Positions 10,178-19,519 of a stretch of DNA of 64,000 bases are shown here, one piece after another; positions within the stretch are counted from its first letter, which is position 1; each line of letters starts with the position of its first letter. Under the pieces are notes generated by a model, which saw nothing but the letters and a program-made list of their open reading frames with translations, searched no databases and was not told the origin of the DNA. The position numbers were made by a program, and so were the translations under genes. The stretch is from Clostridiales bacterium (GTDB lineage Bacteria > Bacillota > Clostridia > Christensenellales > CAG-314): assembly GCA_022508375.1 (NCBI GenBank), contig JAFLVJ010000001.1, forward strand, positions 66,857 through 130,856, in the 5' to 3' direction.

Positions 10178-10717
10178 TTATGCGTCTATCCTATCTACCA
10201 AGTCGATAACATAGACCTTTGCGTTGTTTTTGTCGTACAATACGTAAACGTCCTTATTGTTGTAGTCGGACATTTTAAAGGGCACAAGCCATCCGTACGT
10301 GGCAAATATTGCCGTCGTATCCATAGTTACACGCCCACTGTCAGTTTGAAACTCGACGGTGTAATAAAGTACTCCACCGCGATACAGATAGCTGCCGTGT
10401 GGCTTGTCAAGCGTAACACGGTACGCGGGGCAATTGCCTACAGCTCGGATAACTCGCCTGTAACACACACAGTTGTAAATAAACATGCCGCCAAACGGTC
10501 CAAATACAATCAAAGCCAGAAATATACACGCGGGAATCAGCGCACTTAGTTCCTCTTGTGGCTGGATGGTGGCAATCATGATAATAATCGGCGTGAAAAT
10601 CACCAAAAATATAGCGCACATTATCACACACGTTATCATGTTATATCGGCGCCACCTGCATTCGGCTCCGTTTTTAGCCTGTTCTTTTGTTATAATACAC
10701 AATCTATCATCAGTCAT
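10178..10717 (-). CDS. two-TM membrane protein, paralog 2 of a tandem pair, function unknown
   Basis: ITKEQAKNGAECRWRRY...VYVLYDKNNAKVYVIDLVD is colinear with the 9592-10128 product. Confidence 0.65.
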   Translation of the reverse strand: MTDDRLCIITKEQAKNGAECRWRRYNMITCVIMCAIFLVIFTPIIIMIATIQPQEELSALIPACIFLALIVFGPFGGMFIYNCVCYRRVIRAVGNCPAYRVTLDKPHGSYLYRGGVLYYTVEFQTDSGRVTMDTTAIFATYGWLVPFKMSDYNNKDVYVLYDKNNAKVYVIDLVDRIDA

Positions 10718-10735
10718 AATTGCACTATGATTCTA

Positions 10736-11377
10736 TTATTTTTTGTCTGTGAGAAGTCCAAGCTCTGCACACAAATCTTCCAGTGATAAGTCGTCGCGAT
10801 TGATTTCCTCAAACTCTATCGTGTGCTCCGAAGCGCGCTCCACCTTGGTTATCGGGTTTTTGTAGGACGAAGCGCCCGATGACTTTGCCGTTTGTGGCGT
10901 TACGGTCGCAGCAACCTTTTCAGCCCTGTTGATGTCGTAAGTGCCCGATTCGTATTCCTTTACTATATCCTTGCCTTCGTAGGCGTCAATGATATCTTCG
11001 ATTTTGCTTTGAAGCTTGTTAAACTCCGCAACTTCCTCCGCCGACAGCGAAGAAATGATAATTTGCGAATAAGCGCGCCACGTCGCGTAAAAAATCTTTG
11101 CGCGGGTCAACACTATATCGGAGTACTTTTCCGCATCGTACTTCATGCGTTGCGCAAGGTTTTGCGACACAATCAGCGATTGCGAAATGGCTTGTTCGTC
11201 ATCCTGATACTTCTTGACCTGTTGACGAAGCGTTTCGTTTTCGTCAGTAAGTTGATCAATACGCTCTTTTTGCGATACGCGAATCTCTTTTTCGCGTTCG
11301 GAAGTCTTTTCCAATTCCTCAAGATACTTGTCAACTTGGGCGGTATCGTAACCGCGCATTTTCTTATTAAATTTCAT
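10736..11377 (-). CDS. DivIVA-domain protein
   Basis: The N-terminus FNKKMRGYDTAQVDKYLEEL is followed by a coiled coil. Its ATG overlaps the pncB stop (TAATG). Confidence 0.8.
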   Translation of the reverse strand: MKFNKKMRGYDTAQVDKYLEELEKTSEREKEIRVSQKERIDQLTDENETLRQQVKKYQDDEQAISQSLIVSQNLAQRMKYDAEKYSDIVLTRAKIFYATWRAYSQIIISSLSAEEVAEFNKLQSKIEDIIDAYEGKDIVKEYESGTYDINRAEKVAATVTPQTAKSSGASSYKNPITKVERASEHTIEFEEINRDDLSLEDLCAELGLLTDKK

Positions 11378-12813
11378 TATTTCACCGTTTTGCGATCTTT
11401 TAATATTAGTTGCTCCTTGAGCGCGTACAATTTGTCGGATAAATCCACCTTGTATTCGTGTGGATTTGTTAGGCGTTTGTATTCATCCCAAAAGCCGTCA
11501 AGGCTTGCCTGACAGTCCTGCTGAAGTTCGTAGGCGGTCTTTTTCGGTAATACTCGCTTTCCGTCACGTATTGCGTCAACGTACAGTTCCTTGACGTAAA
11601 AGTCGTAAACCTCTTTAGTCTTCCACCGCTCTAACGGATGTGTGATGGTTAGCGGACTCGTTTCGTCAATAGTCTCGCCCGCAAGACATATTAGGTCGGC
11701 AATGGCTTTGTCGGTGTCCTTACCGAAAAGTCGATACACCGTTTTCACACCGGGATTTGTCATCTTGATGGGGTTGTCGCTTATCTTCATCTTGGGATAG
11801 TCGCAACCGTTTTCGTTTACGTTTGCCAACTTATAAACACCGCCCAGGCTAGGGGTATTGTTGCTTGTAATAAGCCGTGTGCCCACGCCGTAGATATCAA
11901 TACGCGCGCCTTGCTGTTTAAGCGACTCCAACACGTATTCGTCAATGTCAGAGCTGGCGAAAATCTTACAGTCGTCATGTCCTGCGTCGTCAAGCATCTT
12001 TCGCGCTTGCTTGGACAGATACGCAAGGTCGCCACTGTCCAGACGGATTCCCAATGGCTTGTATCCCTTGGACTTAAGGTAATCGAAGGTCTTTATCGCG
12101 TTGGGTACGCCGCTGTTGAGCGTGTCGTAGGTATCAACAAGTAGCAGACAGTTGTCGGGATAGGTGTCGGCATAGGCAATAAAAGCGTCCAGCTCCGTAG
12201 GGAATGACATAACCCAACTGTGGGCGTGTGTGCCCTTGGGAGGAAGGTCAAACATCTGGGCGCACAACACGTTACTAGTTGACGAACAGCCGCCTATAAC
12301 CGCCGCACGCGCTCCGTATATGGCGGCGTCCGGTCCTTGCGCTCTACGCAAGCCGAACTCCAATACACTGCTTGGCGCCGCAGCATGACACACTCTGCGT
12401 GCCTTGGTTGCAATGAGCGTTTGATGGTTAACTATATTGAGCAACGCCGCCTCTACAAGCTGCGCTTGACATATGGGCGCGGTAACTATAAGCAACGGTT
12501 CATAGGGAAACACCACCGTACCTTCGGGAACCGCGCGAACACTGCCCGTAAACTTGAAATCCTTAAGCCATTGCAAAAATTCCTTGCTAAACGCCTTGGT
12601 GGAACGCAGATACTTGATATCGTCCGCGGAAAAATGTAGGTTTTCGATATATTCGATTGCCTGCTCCAAGCCGGCGGCAATGCAAAAGTTACTTTCGTCA
12701 AAAGGACGGAAAAACAGGTCGAAGGTTGCAATTTCGTCCGTTTTGCCTTGACAAAAATAACCGTACATCATTGTTAACTCGTAAAAATCGGTTAAAAGTG
12801 TTAAATTACGCAT
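11377..12813 (-). CDS. pncB: nicotinate phosphoribosyltransferase
   Basis: LLTDFYELTMMYGYF and GTHAHSWVM, 478 aa, NAPRTase family. Confidence 0.9.
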   Translation of the reverse strand: MRNLTLLTDFYELTMMYGYFCQGKTDEIATFDLFFRPFDESNFCIAAGLEQAIEYIENLHFSADDIKYLRSTKAFSKEFLQWLKDFKFTGSVRAVPEGTVVFPYEPLLIVTAPICQAQLVEAALLNIVNHQTLIATKARRVCHAAAPSSVLEFGLRRAQGPDAAIYGARAAVIGGCSSTSNVLCAQMFDLPPKGTHAHSWVMSFPTELDAFIAYADTYPDNCLLLVDTYDTLNSGVPNAIKTFDYLKSKGYKPLGIRLDSGDLAYLSKQARKMLDDAGHDDCKIFASSDIDEYVLESLKQQGARIDIYGVGTRLITSNNTPSLGGVYKLANVNENGCDYPKMKISDNPIKMTNPGVKTVYRLFGKDTDKAIADLICLAGETIDETSPLTITHPLERWKTKEVYDFYVKELYVDAIRDGKRVLPKKTAYELQQDCQASLDGFWDEYKRLTNPHEYKVDLSDKLYALKEQLILKDRKTVK

Positions 12814-12856
12814 AACACACCTTGTTCAAGTTATATTTGCTTCGCAAGCGAAATAA

Positions 12857-14410
12857 CTATGCAGATAAATCGCCTTCCGAAGACTTCTTTTTCGATTTCT
12901 TGGGCTTGGAGTCCACCCAAGGCTTTAGGTGCTCAACGCCGTAGTTAAGATACGTTTTCGGCGGGAACAGGAACAGCAAAAACTTGTTGAGCTTCACCTG
13001 ATACGTTGTTCCGCATTGACATGTGACGGTTGTCACGCCCTTCGTGTCGTCGGCAGGGGAACTTGCAAGCGCCTTGTACTCGGGTAGGAACCTCCACACA
13101 GTAAGCGCGATTGCCGTTGCAAAACACACCACCATGAGCACAATGCCGTTGGGAACCTTATCAAAAATGCCCCACTTGATAAGGCTGAAAATACCGAATC
13201 CAAGCAGCAGTCCTATCACCGTAGCGTAACAAATAACGGCTACATAGTGTTTACTTCTGTCCGTTTGCCAAGTTTCAACGGGTGCGTGACATTCGTGACA
13301 ATCGGGACAGTACAGCTTGACCCTGTCAAACAGCGACCACACGCCCAATGCCGAATACACCGCAAGAGCCGTTGCGAAGAACCCGACAATAAACTTGCTT
13401 TCACCACCCAGTACAAACATCGTCACACCGACGCCCAGTAACACAATGGATAGCGCAAGCAATATCCAGCGCGACTTGAGCATTTCGTCCAAATCGGACT
13501 TAAACATCTTTTTGTACAGTGCGTGAAGTTCCTTGCGGTAGATTTTCGTCAACGTCCACAGTCCCATCACTATGGCGAAGATGGACACAAGCTGACTGAT
13601 CTTGATATCCGTTTGACGGGTGCCGATCCACAAAAACAGACTGTCGGTACGCAATCCCTCAATTACCAGACGCGCAATACCGTAGTAGATACCGTAAAAC
13701 GCCGTGCACCAACCCAACTTGTAGTGCTTGCTACGGGTAAGCAACAACACGCAAATGAGGAATCCCAACATTGTACATACACTTTCATAAAAGAAGGTCG
13801 CCTGATACCAACCGCCGGATGGGTTTTCGCCTAACGTGCCTATCCACACGGCGTAACCGTTGAAACGGGCAAACATTCCGCTACCTGCATGCGCAAGCTC
13901 ATCATATGCGTGTGTAATAAGGTTACCGTACGCCTCTTGATTGGCGAAGTTGCCCCAACGTCCGATACTTTGCGCGACCAACACTCCGGGCAAGATACTG
14001 TCCGTAACTATGCGGAAATCCTGCTTTTTTATTTTCGTCAGCACATACGCGGAAATATATCCCATGATAACTCCGCCGTAAATACCCAATCCGCCACTGC
14101 GGAACTGGAAGTAGGTTGACCAATTAGCCTCCTGACCTTTCCACGGGAAAATATACACGTATGCGCGCGCACCCAATACGCCAAAGGGAATGAGCACCAA
14201 CGCGTAAATAGTGATATCGTACGGATCGTAACCGCGCTTTTTGAAGTACAGCGCTCCAACTAATATTGCCAAACACATACCCGTCACAATACACAACGCG
14301 TAAACGTAAATTGGCAAACCGAATATAAACACTGCGGGACGACCGAAGTCCGTACCGTAACCGAAGTTTTCCGTTCCCCACACCATACTGGCTGAAAGTA
14401 AATTAGTCAA
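12857..14410 (-). CDS. lgt: prolipoprotein diacylglyceryl transferase with a ~230-aa C-terminal extension
   Basis: Lgt core (GLGIYGGVIMG, GRWGNFANQEAYG) in the first ~285 aa. Four more TM segments and Cys motifs CPDCHECH and CQCG follow. TTG start with an AAGGTG RBS. Confidence 0.85.
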   Translation of the reverse strand: MTNLLSASMVWGTENFGYGTDFGRPAVFIFGLPIYVYALCIVTGMCLAILVGALYFKKRGYDPYDITIYALVLIPFGVLGARAYVYIFPWKGQEANWSTYFQFRSGGLGIYGGVIMGYISAYVLTKIKKQDFRIVTDSILPGVLVAQSIGRWGNFANQEAYGNLITHAYDELAHAGSGMFARFNGYAVWIGTLGENPSGGWYQATFFYESVCTMLGFLICVLLLTRSKHYKLGWCTAFYGIYYGIARLVIEGLRTDSLFLWIGTRQTDIKISQLVSIFAIVMGLWTLTKIYRKELHALYKKMFKSDLDEMLKSRWILLALSIVLLGVGVTMFVLGGESKFIVGFFATALAVYSALGVWSLFDRVKLYCPDCHECHAPVETWQTDRSKHYVAVICYATVIGLLLGFGIFSLIKWGIFDKVPNGIVLMVVCFATAIALTVWRFLPEYKALASSPADDTKGVTTVTCQCGTTYQVKLNKFLLFLFPPKTYLNYGVEHLKPWVDSKPKKSKKKSSEGDLSA

Positions 14411-14543
14411 ATCTGTGCACCTTCTTATGTTAGATTAGTATATATTATATAATCTTTCAATATAGGTGTCAAATGAAAAATTCGTTACAAACTCTTGTAA
14501 AATTGTCAAAAAGTGCTATACTAGCGTTATGGAGGTGAGAAAA

Positions 14544-15023
14544 GTGACAAAAAAATACAAAATCGCGCTAGGTATCATGCTCGCAATTACGGCGATACTG
14601 TTAGTTGTATCATACGCGCTATTACCCACCGTAGCCAACGACATGAACAACGGTTTGCAGGATAGTAACACCGAAGACAACTCGGAACAACTGGGTAACG
14701 CGTTGGGCGTAGTGTTCGGACTGTTATTTTCATTACTTGCAGGGGTCACGTGGTTAATTACCGCATTGATTTTCGTGATATTCCTTCCGATAGTACTGAC
14801 GTCCAAGACGGAACAAAAAATGAAAAAGCGTGTAACGGTTCTACTTGTATTGACAGTCATATGCACGCTGTTCGTGATACCTGCCATGATACTGTGTTGG
14901 AGCATAGCAACCTACTCTATCCTGATGATGGCTGTGTTGATAATAACCGACCTGTGTTATATAGGCTGCTTCGTTACACAGTGCGTTACATTGAACAAAC
15001 TTCGCAAAAGTGTTGCAGCGTAA
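14544..15023 (+). CDS. multi-pass membrane protein, function unknown (paralog of the next gene)
   Basis: GTG start 6 nt after GGAGGTGA. The track ORF starts upstream at 14466 with no RBS. Topology and the KKxKI...AND...KxEQK motifs parallel 15046-15597. Confidence 0.6.
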   Translation: MTKKYKIALGIMLAITAILLVVSYALLPTVANDMNNGLQDSNTEDNSEQLGNALGVVFGLLFSLLAGVTWLITALIFVIFLPIVLTSKTEQKMKKRVTVLLVLTVICTLFVIPAMILCWSIATYSILMMAVLIITDLCYIGCFVTQCVTLNKLRKSVAA

Positions 15024-15045
15024 CGCAAAGTAAAGGGAGGAGCAT

Positions 15046-15597
15046 ATGAGAAAAATAAAAATACAACTGGCAATAACAATCGGTATCACGGTAATATTGC
15101 TGATGACGTCGTTTTTCTTGATAAGAACCAAAGCAAATGATTACCTAAGTATGTTAGATGAAATGAAAGGCGCAGATTGGGAAGAAGTTGAATACGGTGG
15201 GTTGGCATTTATCGCTACAATCATACTGATGATTGGTTCAATAATCAAGGTATTCGCATTGCCGTTACTTGTCACAGCCGTTATACTACTCCCCTTCTTG
15301 ATAATTGTGTTAATAGCAAAAAAAGAAAAAACACAAAAGGTTGTCACGTTGATACTCATGATATTATCCATCGTGATTACAATATTTATGCTACTATACG
15401 TATCGGGAATGACATTGTTACTTGTGCAATTTGCGGAAGGTACAACCACACTGGCACTGTCTTACGCACTGGAAATACTGTTTTGTTTAACGGCAGTAAG
15501 CCTTGTATCAAACTTAATTACCGTCATTGTATCTTACATAAAGGTCACCAAATATATCAAAGAATCCACAAATCAACCAATATATATAAACGGTTAA
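15046..15597 (+). CDS. multi-pass membrane protein, function unknown
   Basis: AAGGGAGGAG RBS and four or five hydrophobic segments. Confidence 0.65.
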   Translation: MRKIKIQLAITIGITVILLMTSFFLIRTKANDYLSMLDEMKGADWEEVEYGGLAFIATIILMIGSIIKVFALPLLVTAVILLPFLIIVLIAKKEKTQKVVTLILMILSIVITIFMLLYVSGMTLLLVQFAEGTTTLALSYALEILFCLTAVSLVSNLITVIVSYIKVTKYIKESTNQPIYING

Positions 15598-15617
15598 TAA
15601 CCGAATACAATTAACAA

Positions 15618-15643
15618 AACGCCCTATTTCGAGGGCGTTTTTC
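15618..15643 (+). terminator. rho-independent terminator
   Basis: AACGCCCT-ATTTC-GAGGGCGTT followed by TTTT. Confidence 0.8.
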
Positions 15644-15735
15644 TCTTATTTTCGATACTATGTGTGAAATAGTAGTTTGTTATTGATAACTTTTCAGAAC
15701 AATTTTGCATAATACGCCTAAGTTTCCTCGGATTA

Positions 15736-16080
15736 TTATCCGAAGAAACCTAGGCTAACCAAAAGAGCGTCGTTAATACGTTGCATCACGTCGGGCGGTA
15801 GCTCGCCGATTTTTTCCTTTATTCTGCTTTTGTCTATTGTACGAATTTGCTCCAACAGCACCACCGAATCCTTCGGTAGCGGCGTATTTGCCCGCGTAAG
15901 TTCGATGTGCGTAGGAAGTTTCGCTTTTGTAAGGCGCGACGTAGTTGCTGCTGCAATCACGGTTGGACTGTACTTGTTGCCTACGTCGTTTTGCAAGACT
16001 ACTATCGGACGGATTCCGCCCTGTTCGCTTCCCACAACGGGGTTGAGGTCGGCGTAATAAATTTCTCCTCGCTTAATCAC
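15736..16080 (-). CDS. mazF: MazF/PemK/EndoA-family endoribonuclease toxin
   Basis: [32 protein letters not shown]...VIAAATTS...[12 protein letters not shown] is closely EndoA-like. GTG start with an AAGGAG RBS. Confidence 0.9.
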   Translation of the reverse strand: MIKRGEIYYADLNPVVGSEQGGIRPIVVLQNDVGNKYSPTVIAAATTSRLTKAKLPTHIELTRANTPLPKDSVVLLEQIRTIDKSRIKEKIGELPPDVMQRINDALLVSLGFFG

Positions 16081-16201
16081 TTTTATTCGCGCTCCTTATT
16101 TGCCGTATATGGCATGTAAATTGCGGCGCGCCACTTCTACCCGAGCTATCATTCGATTATACATACATAACGAATCATATAGCGCAAGTTGCAACGACAA
16201 A

Positions 16202-16283
16202 GGCGAGGGTGTTCCGAAAAAAGTGACTCCGCAAGGGGAGTTACGTTAGCGTGACGGGGAATTTTTTTCGGAATGCCCGAGCC
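16202..16283 (-). repeat. family B palindromic intergenic repeat, copy B1
   Basis: Reverse complement GGCTCGGGCATTCCGAAAAAAATTCCCC...GGAGTCACTTTTTTCGGAACACCCTCGCC matches the copies at 22235, 29950, 49898, 51928 and 59924. Confidence 0.8.
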
Positions 16284-16316
16284 AACTCGCTCTATTTGTA
16301 GATTATGTACCTATTC

Positions 16317-16354
16317 AAAAAAAAGTGCGCACTCGCTTGTTACGAGTGTGCACT
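16317..16354 (-). terminator. valS terminator
   Basis: On the minus strand, AGUGCACACUCG-loop-CGAGUGCGCACU is followed by UUUUUUUU. A second hairpin lies at 16394-16420. Confidence 0.75.
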
Positions 16355-16429
16355 TGTTTGTATCGGTTTATACTATAAAAGATATAAATCATTAAAACCG
16401 AAACGAAGTCGTTTCGGGCGACCCGAGAC

Positions 16430-19042
16430 TCACTTTAATTCGTCAAGTCTTGCCGTCAGTTGCGCTTTCAAGTCAAGGTACTTATTGAGCTTCGCCTTTT
16501 CGCTGTCAACTAGCTGAGCGGGAGCCTTCGACAAGAACCCGGGATTGTTAAGTTTGCCTTCTGCGCGAGCAATTTCGCTAGTGACGTTTTCCAGTTCCTT
16601 TGTTAAACGTTCGATTTCCTTGTCCTTATCTACCAGGTCGCCAAGGGGAACTTCGCAGGTGGCTGCTGCGCCAACAGTTTTGACTGTCTTTTCCGTACTT
16701 GGAGCGTGACTGAACACTACTTCTTCAAGCCCGCAAAGCTTGGTTAGGTACACACTGCACTCCTTAATGCGCTCGTCTTGCGCCACAACGTACAGGCGAA
16801 TACGCTTGGAAGGAACAACGCCGTATTCCGAACGGATATTGCGCACTTTGCTGATAAGCTCCTTGAGTTCTTCGACCAAGTTGCAGTCGTCGGCATAATA
16901 AAGCGCCTTGTTAAACTTGGGATAGCGTTGAATCATAATGCTCTCGCCGTGTTTGGGCATGTTTTGATAAATTTGCTCCGTAATGAAAGGAACAAATGGG
17001 TGCAACAGCTTCAAAATCTTGTCCAACACGTACGTCAAAACCGACAGCGTGTCCCTGCGCGCTATTTCGTCCGTACCGTATAGCACCGGCTTGGTAAGTT
17101 CGATATACCAATCGCAAAATTCACTCCACACGAAGTCGTACAACGTTTGCGCCGCCATACCAAGTTCGAACTTGTTTTGCAGTTCGGTAACCTGACGTAT
17201 TGTATCGTTGAGTTTGGTCAATATCCACTTGTCAGCTAAACTCAGCTTACATTTGGAAATGGATACAAGCTTTTTGCCTTCGACGTTCATCAACACGAAG
17301 CGGCTTGCGTTCCATATCTTATTCATGAAGTTACGGGTTCCTTCAATCTTGTCGGAGGAAAACCTTATGTCCGAGCCGTTGGCCACACCATTAAGCAATG
17401 CAAAGCGCAAAGTATCTGCACCGTAACTGTCTATAAACTCCACGGGGTCAACGCCGTTACCGAGCGACTTACTCATCTTGCGTCCCTGTTCGTCGCGTAC
17501 AATTCCGTGCATGAGCACGTCCTTAAAGGGAACCTCACCTGTTGCATATAGCGAACTGAATATCATGCGCGCAACCCAGAAGAAGATTATATCGTAGCCA
17601 CAGCTTAACACGGTTGTGGGGAAGAATGCCTTGAAGTCGTCGCTGCCCTCAGTGAAGCCAAGCGTACTAAACGGCCACAACGCACTGGAAAACCACGTGT
17701 CAAGCACATCTTCGTCTTGGTGCAAGTGAACGTTTCCGCAATGCGGACATACCTTCGGTTCTGTCTCCTCGCATATCTCTGCGCCACATTCGTCGCAGTA
17801 CCACACAGGGATACGGTGTCCCCACCACAGTTGGCGCGAAATGCACCAATCGCGGATATTTTCCATCCAATTGAAGTACGTTTTTTCAAAACGGTCCGGA
17901 TGAAAGCGTATTTTTGACTTTTTGACGGCCTTAATTGCGGGCTCCGCTAAGGGTTGCATCTTTACAAACCATTGCTTGGAAACAATAGGCTCAACCGTCG
18001 TGTGACAGCGGTAACAGCTACCCACGTTGTGACGGTGCGGCTCCACCTTTTGCAATATGCCCATTTCCTTGAGTTTAGCAACGATGCGCTTTCTCGCTTC
18101 GTACCTGTCAAGTCCTGCGAACTCGCCTGCATTTTCGTTCATGGTGCCGTCATCGTTCATCACGCGAATTACGGGAAGGTTGTGACGTACGCCCACTTCG
18201 AAGTCGTTGGGGTCGTGCGCAGGAGTAATCTTTACTACGCCCGTACCAAATTGCATATCGACGTACTCGTCGGCAATTACGGGGATTTCACGGTTCACAA
18301 AGGGAACCACTACCGTTTTACCTATAAGATGCTTGTACCGCTCGTCGTTAGGGTTGACCGCAACAGCCGTGTCCCCAAGCATAGTTTCGGGACGGGTTGT
18401 AGCAAATGTTACCGTTGTTGTACCGTCCGGCGTCGTGTAGCCGTAATGCCAAAAGTTTCCGTCCTGCTCGGTGTACTCTACCTCGGCGTCACTTAACGCT
18501 GTCTGACATACGGGACACCAGTTGGTGATTCGGCTACCGCGATAAATCAGTCCCTTTTTGTACAATGATACGAATTGCTTGCGTACAGCCTTGCTCAACT
18601 TTTCGTCCATTGTAAACGCAAGACGGCTCCAGTCGCAACTGCTACCTAACTTTTTAAGCTGCTCGATGATTCGTCCGCCGTATTGCTCCTTCCACTGCCA
18701 TGCGCGCTCAAGAAACTTTTCACGTCCAAGATCGTGCTTGTCAATGCCTTCCTTTTTGAGTGCTTCGACGATTTTAACCTCGGTTGCAATACTGGCGTGG
18801 TCCGTACCCGGAAGCCACAGCGTGTTGTAGCCTTGCATGCGCTTGAAGCGAATGAGCGTATCCTGAATGGCGTTGTCCAGTCCGTGTCCAAGGTGCAATT
18901 GCCCCGTAATGTTGGGAGGCGGCGTAACCATACTGAAGTAGCGTTTGCCAACTTCCGCCTTAGGGGTAAAGTAACCCTTGTTCATCCAAAATTGGTACAG
19001 CTCGCTTTCGAACTCTACCGGATTATACGTTTTGTCTAGCAT
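16430..19042 (-). CDS. valS: valine--tRNA ligase
   Basis: 870 aa with PPPNITGQLHLGH (HIGH), KMSKS and a C-terminal coiled coil. Confidence 0.97.
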   Translation of the reverse strand: MLDKTYNPVEFESELYQFWMNKGYFTPKAEVGKRYFSMVTPPPNITGQLHLGHGLDNAIQDTLIRFKRMQGYNTLWLPGTDHASIATEVKIVEALKKEGIDKHDLGREKFLERAWQWKEQYGGRIIEQLKKLGSSCDWSRLAFTMDEKLSKAVRKQFVSLYKKGLIYRGSRITNWCPVCQTALSDAEVEYTEQDGNFWHYGYTTPDGTTTVTFATTRPETMLGDTAVAVNPNDERYKHLIGKTVVVPFVNREIPVIADEYVDMQFGTGVVKITPAHDPNDFEVGVRHNLPVIRVMNDDGTMNENAGEFAGLDRYEARKRIVAKLKEMGILQKVEPHRHNVGSCYRCHTTVEPIVSKQWFVKMQPLAEPAIKAVKKSKIRFHPDRFEKTYFNWMENIRDWCISRQLWWGHRIPVWYCDECGAEICEETEPKVCPHCGNVHLHQDEDVLDTWFSSALWPFSTLGFTEGSDDFKAFFPTTVLSCGYDIIFFWVARMIFSSLYATGEVPFKDVLMHGIVRDEQGRKMSKSLGNGVDPVEFIDSYGADTLRFALLNGVANGSDIRFSSDKIEGTRNFMNKIWNASRFVLMNVEGKKLVSISKCKLSLADKWILTKLNDTIRQVTELQNKFELGMAAQTLYDFVWSEFCDWYIELTKPVLYGTDEIARRDTLSVLTYVLDKILKLLHPFVPFITEQIYQNMPKHGESIMIQRYPKFNKALYYADDCNLVEELKELISKVRNIRSEYGVVPSKRIRLYVVAQDERIKECSVYLTKLCGLEEVVFSHAPSTEKTVKTVGAAATCEVPLGDLVDKDKEIERLTKELENVTSEIARAEGKLNNPGFLSKAPAQLVDSEKAKLNKYLDLKAQLTARLDELK

Positions 19043-19057
19043 ATAAAACTCCTTTAC

Positions 19058-19097
19058 GAGGAATTATAAACTTCGTCTTGCTCGCTTCTAATCCCTC
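19058..19097 (-). repeat. miniature family A hairpin (copy A6) in the valS 5' UTR
   Basis: On the minus strand, GAGGGATT-AGAAGCGAGCAAGACGAAGTTTAT-AATTCCTC. It carries the same 18-nt core as A1, in the opposite orientation. Confidence 0.55.
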
Positions 19098-19163
19098 TAA
19101 ATAATTTTTGTATTTTATTATTCTAATTTTTAAATTTATCCTAAAAGATGTTCGCTGCGTCAA

Positions 19164-19370
19164 CAAAAAATGCCCTCTACTTGATAACCAAGTAAAGGGC
19201 GAATTGTCGCGGTACCACCTTGTTTCGAAATTGTAATACAATTTCCTCATTGAGCCGATAACGGAGCCAACCGAACAACACTACTTGCACATGTTTCGCG
19301 CTGTCAACTTGACGAACTACATAAGGCAGTCTGTCTTGCGGAATTTACACCGTAGTCCGCTCTCTGTAAA
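19164..19370 (-). promoter_or_regulatory. T-box leader (tRNA-sensing riboswitch) of valS
   Basis: On the minus strand there is an AGAGAG box near 19360 and the conserved T-box sequence GGTGGTACCGCG (19219-19208). Next comes the terminator GCCCUUUACUUG...CAAGUAGAGGGC plus AUUUUUUG (19200-19164). The specifier codon was not resolved. Confidence 0.8.
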
Positions 19371-19519
19371 GACAAATGTTGCCAAACCTTTCGTCTGCAA
19401 ACGTTTTTGCAATAAAATACTACCATATAGCAACAAATAAAGCAAGCGTTTCGAGCATACCTTGTCACAAATTTTACGTGATTTTAATAGTATGCAATAT
19501 ACCACAATGGAGGATTAAA

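Noticed and set aside
19371-19519. Possible TPP riboswitch upstream of the NMT1/THI5-like ABC substrate-binding gene
   Set aside because: The conserved CTGAGA and ACCTGATCTGGATAATGCCAGCG-type elements are absent. Only a promoter-like AT-rich sequence and the RBS are present.
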